In this document: piece after piece, positions 53,675 to 64,000 of the stretch
Position numbering within the stretch: position 1 is the stretch's first letter
Layout of the letters: each line of letters begins with the position of its first letter
NCBI GenBank assembly: GCA_013360745.1
Contig: JABWBA010000006.1
Coordinates: 8,308-72,307 of the forward strand
Reading direction: 5' to 3'
DNA: 64,000 nt
DNA from: Chthonomonadales bacterium
GTDB lineage: Bacteria; Armatimonadota; Chthonomonadetes; Chthonomonadales; CAJBBX01
Program-made: the position numbers and the translations under genes
The notes under the pieces: model-generated
Database searches by the model: none
Told to the model about the DNA's origin: nothing
The model's input: the letters and a program-made list of their open reading frames with translations, nothing else

Positions 53675-56600
53675 CGTGGTGAACCTCCTCGTCGTGTCGC
53701 CGCGGTTCGTTCGGACGGTCGCTCTACCGCGGCTGCAATCACCTTGAGCATACCATGCAGTTCCTCTAGCATGCGCGGAGTCCTCAACGGTACGGTCATG
53801 GCATCCGCGGTGAAGCGGGCCTGGGGCAGGCTCTGTGTCAGCAGTTTGATCCCTCGGGGCGTCAATCGCATATTGGCGCCGAACTGCAAGACGAGGGTCT
53901 TGTTGCCGTAGGTGACCCCAGCCACACCGAGATCGCGGGCTTTCAGGCGGAGTTCGACCACCTCGAGCGCGTTCCATACGGCCTGGGGCGGCGCGCCATA
54001 TCGGTCTGTCAGTTCCTCCTGCAGGGCTTGCAGGGCCGACTGGGAGCGAAGGCCGGATAGTCGTTTATAAAAGTACATCCTCTCGGCCTCGTTCGGGATA
54101 TAGGCCGGCGGGATGTTGGCGGTCACGGGCATATCGATCGCGGGCAGCGTGTCGTCGACCGTCTCCTCGCCGCGAGCGCTGGCGACTTCCTGCGCCAGAA
54201 GGCGGCAGTACATATCGAAGCCTACGGCGCTCATCGCCCCCGATTGCTGGGCGCCGAGAAGGTTGCCCGCGCCCCGTATTTCGAGATCGCGCAGTGCGAT
54301 CTGATAGCCCGATCCAAGGGCTGTGAACTCCCGGACGGCCAGCAGCCTTCTCTCGGCTTCCTCAGTCAGGGCGCGGCCCTTACGAACGAGCAGGTACGCA
54401 TGCGCTTGCCTTCGGCTTCGTCCGACGCGGCCCCGAAGCTGGTATAGCTGCGCCAGGCCGAAGTGGTCCGCGTTATTGACGATGATCGTATTGACGTTGG
54501 GGATATCGAGGCCGTTCTCGATGATCGTCGTGGAGACCAGGATATCATACTCGCGGTGGTAGAACCCATGCATCACCCGCTCGAGTTCGTCCTCGGACAT
54601 CTGCCCGTGACCGACGCGGATCCGGGCTTCCGGCACCAGACGCTGGACCTTCATCGCGACGCTATCGATCGTCTCTACCCGGTTGTGTACGAAGTAGACC
54701 TGACCGTCTCTCTCTAGTTCCCGAAGAATCACGTCGCGGATCAGTTCCGCGTCGGATTCCATGACGTAGGTGGCGATGGGCAGACGGCCTTCCGGGGGAT
54801 CTTCGATGACGCTCATATCCCTCAGGCCCGACATCGCCATCGAGAGGGTCCTCGGGATCGGGGTTGCCGTCAGCGTCAGAACGTCGACCGTCTTACGGAG
54901 CTGCTTGAGCCGCTCCTTCTGGGCCACGCCAAATCGCTGCTCCTCGTCGATGATCAACAGACCCAGCCGGGCGAACTCCACATCGGCCGAGAGGAGGCGG
55001 TGCGTGCCGACCACGATATCGGCGGCGCCCGCCTTGAGATTGGCGATGGTCTGCTGCTGCTCCTGGCGCGTGCGAAAACGGCTCAGGAGTTCCACGCTGA
55101 CCGGATAGGCCGCGAAGCGTTCGGAGAAGGTGAGGTGGTGCTGGGCTGCGAGGATCGTCGTCGGGCAGAGGACCGCGACTTGCTTGCCCGCTTCGATGAC
55201 TTTGAACGCAGCCCGAACCGCGACTTCTGTCTTACCGTAGCCGACATCGCCGCAGATCAGCCGATCTGCAGGTTTCTGCGAAGCCAGATCCCCTTTGATA
55301 TCGGCGATGGCCTGCGCCTGGCCTGGCGTTAGTTCATGAGGAAACGCATCCTCCATTTCAGCCTGCCACGGCGAGTCCTCTCCGAGTGGGGGTCGTTCGG
55401 CGGACTCGCGAGCGGCGTAGAGCGCCAGGAGCTCGCGGGCCATTTCCCGGGTTTGTTCGCGCACCCGGCGCGTGGTACGCTGCCAGTCTGCGCCTCCGAA
55501 ACGGCTCAGTGAAGGATGGACACCCTCACCGCCGATATAACGCTGTACCCGGTCGATCTGATCGGCAGGGACGAAGAGCCGGTCCGTACCGGCGTACTGA
55601 ATCGCCAGATAGTCCTTTTCAGCCCCGTCGGCGCTCCGGCGAACGAGTCCCCGGTATTGCCCGATACCGTGGACAACATGGACGACATAATCCCCTTCAC
55701 GCAGTTCGAGGAGACTGGAAACGGGGACACCGCCCCGGGCGCGGGTGGTCGGGGCGAGCTGGCCGGTCCGTCCGTACAGCTCGGCATCGGTGAGGACGTA
55801 CAGCATCGCGTCGTCTAGCTTGAAACCCTGGCGCAGGCGCCCTTCGATGACGTGCATCCCGGATCCTGCGTCGTCGGTCGCCAGCGGTACGCCCAGCTGG
55901 GTGAGCACTTCCCGAGTACGCTGAGGCTGGTCGGTTACCGCCGCCGCGCAACCCCCAATCTCGATCCACCGTTCGACCTCGGCGGCCAGGAACTCGGTGC
56001 GGTTCCGAAAGGTCTCCATCGGCGCTGATCGAAGTTCGACCGAGGCCACGGGCTCTACTCCGGCCAGGCCGGCGGCATCGTCCGTTGTGGTGGACGCCGC
56101 ATCCCGCTCGATTGTATGGAGTGCGATACTGGCAAAGGAACGATGGGCCTCAGTGATATCCCGGTCCGCGAAGCCGCTCCACTCGGCGCCTTCGAGCAGA
56201 TCTCCGCGCTCCAGTCGGCGCTCGCGCGCTTCGGCTCGTTCCCCAAGCGCTCGGCGCCATTGTCGCGTGATCTGATAGGGGTCATCGAGGATGACGACCG
56301 GGACCGGAATCGAACCATCGGGACGGGTGGATTGCCGACTCGCCTCGAGATAATCGAGGGCGCAGTACTCCTCCTGTACGATGTAGGGCAGATAGTCCTC
56401 AAGGGCATCGAAATAGGATGCATCCCGCAGCGCTCCGAGGTCACCCTCGACGCGCTCTTCAAGCGCGTCGGCATCGGCGTGTCGACCTGCATCCCTCAGA
56501 ACAGCGGTACGCGCCTCAAGCCGCTCCCGTATCTTCGGCACGGCCTTGCGAGCCCTGTCCGCAGATAATACGATGCTTCGGGCCGGGAGGAGGACGGCGC

Positions 56601-57267
56601 GTTCGATCGGTGCGATGGAGCGTTGCGTGCCAGGATCGAAGGTGCGGAGGGTTTCCACTTCATCGCCGTACAACTCCATGCGTATGGGCGTATCGGCGCC
56701 CGCCGCGAAGACATCGACGATGCCGCCCCTGCCCGCGAACTGGCCCGGTCGCGTCACGGTGAGAACGCGTTCATAACCGATCCTGGCGATTCGGTGATAG
56801 AGCATATCGAGCGCGATGCTATCGCCTCGCTGCAGTTCGATCCGGGCCTCGAGCATCTCGTCGGGCGGACCGGTCCTCTGCAGAATGGCTTCCGCTGTGG
56901 CGACTACCACGGATCTGGCCGCTTCTGTGAGAGCCGCGAGAGCCTGAATACGTTCGGATAAGGCGGTATGATCGACGGCGCTGCGGAGGATGATGTCCCG
57001 CTGAATGGCGGGCAGGTTCAGGACGGGTATGGCTTCGGGCACGAGGGCGCGGAGGTCGGCGCACAGGCGCTCCGCCTGTTCCTGATGGTGTGTGGCGACA
57101 AGGATCGGCCCTGGATTTCGGAGGGCGGATCCGGCGATGAGCAGGCTTCGGGCCATTCCGGACGCACCTGACAGGACACGAAGGCCGGGTCCGCTCGAAA
57201 GACCGTCGATGAGATCATGGACGACGTCGATGTCGTCGAGGCGATGAACGAGGTCGGTCAGGCGCAT
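53671..57267 (-). CDS. mfd: transcription-repair coupling factor
   Basis: 1198 aa. Has a UvrB-homology N-terminal region and a CarD/RNAP-interaction region (DYVVHVVHGIGQY). Helicase motifs GDVGYGKTEVA, IIDEEQRFG, SATPIPRT-like TATPIPRT. TRCF C-terminal domain. Confidence 0.96.
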   Translation of the reverse strand: MRLTDLVHRLDDIDVVHDLIDGLSSGPGLRVLSGASGMARSLLIAGSALRNPGPILVATHHQEQAERLCADLRALVPEAIPVLNLPAIQRDIILRSAVDHTALSERIQALAALTEAARSVVVATAEAILQRTGPPDEMLEARIELQRGDSIALDMLYHRIARIGYERVLTVTRPGQFAGRGGIVDVFAAGADTPIRMELYGDEVETLRTFDPGTQRSIAPIERAVLLPARSIVLSADRARKAVPKIRERLEARTAVLRDAGRHADADALEERVEGDLGALRDASYFDALEDYLPYIVQEEYCALDYLEASRQSTRPDGSIPVPVVILDDPYQITRQWRRALGERAEARERRLERGDLLEGAEWSGFADRDITEAHRSFASIALHTIERDAASTTTDDAAGLAGVEPVASVELRSAPMETFRNRTEFLAAEVERWIEIGGCAAAVTDQPQRTREVLTQLGVPLATDDAGSGMHVIEGRLRQGFKLDDAMLYVLTDAELYGRTGQLAPTTRARGGVPVSSLLELREGDYVVHVVHGIGQYRGLVRRSADGAEKDYLAIQYAGTDRLFVPADQIDRVQRYIGGEGVHPSLSRFGGADWQRTTRRVREQTREMARELLALYAARESAERPPLGEDSPWQAEMEDAFPHELTPGQAQAIADIKGDLASQKPADRLICGDVGYGKTEVAVRAAFKVIEAGKQVAVLCPTTILAAQHHLTFSERFAAYPVSVELLSRFRTRQEQQQTIANLKAGAADIVVGTHRLLSADVEFARLGLLIIDEEQRFGVAQKERLKQLRKTVDVLTLTATPIPRTLSMAMSGLRDMSVIEDPPEGRLPIATYVMESDAELIRDVILRELERDGQVYFVHNRVETIDSVAMKVQRLVPEARIRVGHGQMSEDELERVMHGFYHREYDILVSTTIIENGLDIPNVNTIIVNNADHFGLAQLYQLRGRVGRSRRQAHAYLLVRKGRALTEEAERRLLAVREFTALGSGYQIALRDLEIRGAGNLLGAQQSGAMSAVGFDMYCRLLAQEVASARGEETVDDTLPAIDMPVTANIPPAYIPNEAERMYFYKRLSGLRSQSALQALQEELTDRYGAPPQAVWNALEVVELRLKARDLGVAGVTYGNKTLVLQFGANMRLTPRGIKLLTQSLPQARFTADAMTVPLRTPRMLEELHGMLKVIAAAVERPSERTAATRRGGSPR

Positions 57268-57338
57268 ACGCGTTAGCCCGGCGCGCAGAACGGGCCGGCG
57301 CGTGATTATACCCGAAGCGGCTGCGGATCCCGGCGCGC

Positions 57339-57662
57339 TTACCGGTCCGGAGGTTGGCCTATGCCGGGACCGCGGAGCAGGACTTCGCCTTTCTTAACGT
57401 AGCCCTTTTCGCGAAGGACGTGCTCCCTGCCCATGCGGGTCTTGATTGCTTCCGCCATCCTGGTGGATACGTCGAGGCGGTTCTCGAGAGCGCGCGCTCG
57501 GGCCTCGCGCTTGTGGTTTTCCTCTTCGATACGGCGTGCTTGACCGAAGGGCTCCAAGGCCCATGGGAATGCAACGACCCAGTAGATTGCGATGGCCAGA
57601 AAGGCGGCGGCTGTCACGCCAAGACGGCGGAGCCGCATCAACCTTGAACGCTGGACGGCCAT
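57339..57662 (-). CDS. septum formation initiator (FtsB/DivIC-like) protein
   Basis: This is the downstream part of ORF 57339..57923. ATG 57662 follows AAGGAG 9 nt upstream. It has one TM segment (LGVTAAAFLAIAIYWVVAF) and a coiled coil. It sits directly downstream of eno, a common arrangement. Confidence 0.65.
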   Translation of the reverse strand: MAVQRSRLMRLRRLGVTAAAFLAIAIYWVVAFPWALEPFGQARRIEEENHKREARARALENRLDVSTRMAEAIKTRMGREHVLREKGYVKKGEVLLRGPGIGQPPDR

Positions 57663-57678
57663 GGAGACACGCTCCTTT

Positions 57679-59963
<2,285 letters not shown>

Positions 59964-59967
<4 letters not shown>

Positions 59968-62900
59968 AACCGCAGTCCGAGATCGGCATCGAGAGAGCGG
60001 ACGTGATAACTGTAATCGCCCGAGGTCGCGGAGCCCCTGGCGGTGTAGCGCTGATCCCGCAATCCGATCTGAAACACCGTGTTGTTGCCGAGATCGAAGG
60101 CAAGTCCGAGGCTCATCGTACTCTGGGTTGAGGCAAGGTAACCGGTGCTGTCGGCTGTATCCCACTGGTAATAGAGGTTGCTGGCGATCCATACCGGGTA
60201 CTCCAGGCGGAGGCCGTAGCTGGTCAGGTTGGCGCTGCCGCTTCCGAAATAGCCCCCGTAGCCTCCGCCGTAGTAGCCCCCTCCAGGCAGACCCGTAGTC
60301 GGCGGCGTCTGGGAGCTGGCGGTTCTCGTGTTGGAGCGCATGAAGTTGGCGTTGAAGCTGGTGATGAGTTTGCCCAGGGGGCGGGCCTGCGCGTTGAGAT
60401 AAAAGGTCGCGGTGTTCGTTCCTCCCGTACTGCCCACATAGGATACATCCTGCAACATCGCGCCGCCGACCAGGGATAGGCGCTCGCCCGGATTGTAGTT
60501 GGCGCTGAAGGCGAGACCCGACCGCTTGCTGTTGAAGAGGTAGTCTCCGATGCTGGCGCCGGACATATAGGTCAGATCCAGACTCAACGTTGGCCATGGT
60601 TGATAGTTGATGGCGACGTTCAAACCCCGGGAGTTGCCTCCAAAACTCGCCGAGCCCATGCCGTAGAGGCCTCCGCCGAGCCCGCCGCTGTAGTTGCCGT
60701 AGCCGCCGAGCCCGCCGTTGACGCCGCCGCCATAGTAGCCGCCGATCCCGCCAATCGGCTGGCCCGTACCGCCATAGTAGCCTCCGGTTCCTCCAGTCTG
60801 GCGCGTTGCCAGTGTGCCCGTCTGGCCGGAGGCGCCGGAATAGTCGGTGTAGCCATTGAATATGGAGTAACCGCCCGAGGTCTGGTAGGAATATCCCAGG
60901 TTGAGGGTCATGTTCTTCATCGGCAGCGAACGGATGTTGAACGTAACGTCCTGGGCCGTGTTACTCTTGCCGCCGACGCTCTTGATAATGCTGTTCGTAA
61001 CCATCGCATCGAACGAAAGGCGTTCGCCGAGCCTCCATTTAGCAGCAAGACGGGCATTCACGGAGTTGCTGCCGTAGGTGGACGGTTGGGTAGTGCTGCC
61101 GCTGCCCAGATTGAACACGGCCGATGTCATCGCGGATTGCCGCGCGAGTGAGGCGTCGATGGAGAACTGCCCGAGGCTCTGTTGATACGCCAGCGTTTCG
61201 GTTGTGTGGGTCGAGCGGCCGCCGCTGCCCAGTCGCGTTCGCATATCGTTATGGTTCAGACTGAGGGTGCCCGTCTTGCCAATCTGCCACAGCGCCCGGA
61301 GGGAGAACTGATTGTAGTCGTCCATGCCGACACTGTCGGCGAGGCCCCCGGACGATCCGGATAGATAGCTGTAGGCTGGCCGGCGCATCTTCTCCATCGT
61401 CGCCGTGAGCTTCACGCCAGCGGCCGGCTGATAGTCGGCGTTCAGAGACAGGCCTCGATCGTTGCGCCGAAAGCCCGGACTCTGGACAGCAGTGAAGTTG
61501 GAGCCGATGTTCTTCAGGGTCCAGTTCAGCTTCAGCCGATCTCTGGCGAACTTCATGTCGCTTCGGATCTGCCAGGCGCTGGCCGATGCGCCGTTGCCGG
61601 AGAGGCTCAGCGAACTCCGCGCCATCTCCGCTGTGATGGTGCCGATCTTGCCCAGGCTGCCCGTCGCGTCCAGCGCGATGATGGATCGATCGCCGGACGA
61701 TTGATCGCTTCGCGCCGGGGTGTAGACGATCTTGATGATCTGCGTGCTGGGAATGGCCATCTTGAAATAGACCCGATTGGGCAGGAGCGGGTCGAGTACA
61801 TAATCGGTGCCGTAGAGTTGAGGGAGACCGCTGACGGTCACGGTCATGGGCGTGACCGGCGTACAGCCCGTGATCTTCCCCTCCGCGTCCCTGATCAGGG
61901 TTACCTCGACCGGAAGATCCAGCACATACGGCGTCGTCGCGCTGTTGTATCCGTAGAACTGTTCTGTCTTGGTCCTCGTGTTGGCCGAACCGCCGTTCGC
62001 CATCTGATTCAGATAGGTGACGCCGAAGCGAACGGGCTTCCACTGGGTCAGATCGGCACGCCAGCCGGTCAACATCCCCGGTGACTGGTTGTATCCGTAG
62101 GTCTCAAACGTGATCGCGATGGTATCGAGTTCACCGACGATCATACCGTTGAGGAAGTTGAGTTCGCCGGTGAACGGGTCGAGAGTGTAGTCCTGGCCGA
62201 GAAGCAGCTCGCGGTTATTAATGCGGACCCGGGCGCTGCCGTCCACGACCTGACCGGCGAAGACGTAGTAGGGGCCCGATCGGTTGGCGCCGTTGATCAC
62301 GATGGTCCGCGTTTGCGCTCGCTCCTCGCTGTACAGGGCGCTGACTTTGACCCCCGGGGCGACGTTCGTCGTCAGTGAGATCCCCTGAAGCGAGCGGCTG
62401 AAATCGACGAGCGAGTTGCCCATGATGCCGCCCTGAATGTGGCCGGCCTCGACGGCGAAGGTTTTATTGGCATAGCTCAACTTCAGGCGATTGTCATAGG
62501 GCATGCCGTACATGCTATTGCTGTAGCGTGTCTCAAACGTGAGCAGACCGAGCACCTTACCGGTAATCGTCAGGTCCGTGTCCGTATAGCCGCCCATGCC
62601 GCGCCGTCCGTAGTAACTGGCGTTGTCATAGGACGCTCGACTGCCGCCGATGCTCTCCATGTGGTACCGGATGTTGTGCTGCCCGTTGATCTTGATGTCG
62701 GACCGGGTCCTCTTGCCGAGGTTCTGCATCCAACCCTGCAGGGTGTCGAGAATCTTGAAGGGGAGGCGAAAGCCCTTTCGGCGTACGCCCACCGCGGGGG
62801 CGCCTGGTTGCCCCGAAGGGTCCTCCGGAATCGCCACAATGGGGCCATCCGATCGGGAAGAGGTACGGAGCAAGGCATCCCAGAGCGTCTCGTCGGCCCT

Positions 62901-63095
62901 CGAGGGCTGCACGTCCGCAGGCGTCGTCGGCGCCGTTTGCGGCCTGGTCGATACCGGCTGGCCGCTCTTCAGCAGGGCGTCCCAGAGCGTTTCATCCGAC
63001 CGTGCAGCCGCGTTGGCCGAGACGACCGCGAGCGCCAACACCATCAACCGGCTCAGGGCCGATGCTGTCGCCAGGCGATGCGCGAGTCTCGCCAT
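59964..63095 (-). CDS. very large outer-membrane beta-barrel-type protein (family not recognised)
   Basis: 1043 aa. Signal peptide RLMVLALAVVSANAAA. There are long stretches with alternating polar/hydrophobic residues rich in Y, G, S, T and N. The C-terminal DADLGLRF ends in Phe, the usual BAM-substrate signature. Confidence 0.7.
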
Positions 63096-63109
63096 CCCAT
63101 TGCCGTTGT

Positions 63110-64000
63110 TCAGTGGACGCCACTCCCCGCGGCCGCCGCCGCCATCGCGACGTTTTCTGCGGCCGATTGTCTGAGATACGTTAGTTTGTCGCCGATCCGT
63201 TGCAGTATGGACTCACGATCGGCCAATCCCGTCAGCGCTCGCGAGACCACAACGTCGGCGTCGAGGGCATCGAGGTCGATTCGGTAGTCCTCGAGCCCGA
63301 GGGCGCGCATCGTCGCGGTTACCTTGGGATCGTACGCGATGGCGGTGGGGGCTGTACTGCAGACGGCGCTCAGGATGATCGCGTGCAGGCGCATCCCGAT
63401 GAGACCCTCCACGCCGTGAATAGCCTGCAAGGCCGCCTGCGGATCGCCGGCTGTGTCGACAATGGAATCGGACAGCCCCTGCAGCGTCTCGGCGCAGACC
63501 GGCGCGTCGAGGGGCGGGTGCATGGCGATGCCGATAAGGCCGATCCCGGCTGCCGACAGCTTCTGCGCGATCGGTCGGCACGCCCGGGCGATGTCTCTAT
63601 CGTGCCACGGTCGGAGCGCGAATCCGATCGTGGGTCGCTCCCGCGGCTCGGGCCTCGGTTGCGGCGCATCAAGGGCGTAGGCCGGATCCGCAGTTACCCT
63701 GATCCGGTCCGTGGCTATGCCGAGATCGCGGAGAAGCTCGGCGGAAGCCTCGTCCCGGACCGTGATCGCTGCCGACCGATTGGCTGCGTTGTAGACGATG
63801 CGGCGGGAGATGGACCGGCGCAAGGGTCCTATGCCCTGAGCGCAGAGCATATAAGGCCGCTTGAGGGCACGGGCCTTCCGCATGATCCATGCGTAGTACA
63901 GCAGGGATCTCAGGCTGGTCGTATCCTGCAGCAGGCTGCCGCCGCCCGAGATCAGGAGATCCGATGCAGCGATGGCGCTGCTGACCGCCCTCATGTTCCA
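63110..64000 (-). CDS. csaB: polysaccharide pyruvyl transferase CsaB (N-terminus beyond the window)
   Basis: The frame is open to position 64000, and the track's Met at 63994 is internal. Contains DLLISGGGSLLQDTTSLRSLLYYAWIMRKARALKRPYMLCAQGIGPL and MRLHAIILSAVCSTAPTAIAYDPKV, matching the CsaB family. Confidence 0.85.
   Translation of the reverse strand, partial: WNMRAVSSAIAASDLLISGGGSLLQDTTSLRSLLYYAWIMRKARALKRPYMLCAQGIGPLRRSISRRIVYNAANRSAAITVRDEASAELLRDLGIATDRIRVTADPAYALDAPQPRPEPRERPTIGFALRPWHDRDIARACRPIAQKLSAAGIGLIGIAMHPPLDAPVCAETLQGLSDSIVDTAGDPQAALQAIHGVEGLIGMRLHAIILSAVCSTAPTAIAYDPKVTATMRALGLEDYRIDLDALDADVVVSRALTGLADRESILQRIGDKLTYLRQSAAENVAMAAAAAGSGVH

Noticed and set aside
62700-63095. 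Searched the OMP N-terminal region for an SLH domain, because csaB lies just upstream.
   Set aside because: No F.D...W...I..L..GI..G-type pattern is visible by eye. I kept this as an open question in the findings rather than calling an SLH domain.

Overview
GC-rich (about two-thirds G+C by eye), densely coding bacterial chromosomal window. It holds roughly 50 protein genes and 2 tRNAs. I saw no rRNA, CRISPR array, transposase, integrase or phage genes. All family names come from motifs I read in the translations; no searches were run. Start codons were re-picked by reading Shine-Dalgarno sequences and stop/start overlaps.

The gene content looks like a PVC- or Armatimonadota-like heterotroph (inference): Tat-signal Gfo/Idh/MocA oxidoreductase, DUF1080, DUF2961, a DUF1549/DUF1553 + DUF1501 pair, csaB, and a MoxR/DUF58/vWA locus.

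Housekeeping blocks:
- uvrA
- divergent ddl / murF
- tRNA-Thr(CGU) + tRNA-Phe(GAA)
- fabI
- smpB
- a one-strand array eno, ftsB-like, mfd, pdhA, pdhB, pdhC

Candidates most worth a second look:
1. An 11.2-kb, six-gene, translationally coupled MoxR-DUF58-vWA (Bat-like) locus at 33580-44782. It is led by a 1222-aa DUF4175-type coiled-coil membrane protein and a Tat-exported terpenoid-cyclase-fold protein.
2. csaB sits 14 nt upstream of a 1043-aa beta-barrel-type outer-membrane protein. That protein has no visible SLH domain, but carries a duplicated N-terminal DETLWDALL motif and Gly/Tyr-rich segments.
3. A MacA-like adaptor and MacB-like permease have no ATPase gene between them. A 209-aa protein sits in that slot instead.
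4. An MGDG-synthase-like glycosyltransferase is translationally coupled to an internally duplicated CrtO-like membrane acyltransferase.

None of these can be called novel without database and synteny checks. They are poorly understood gene sets, not proven new systems.
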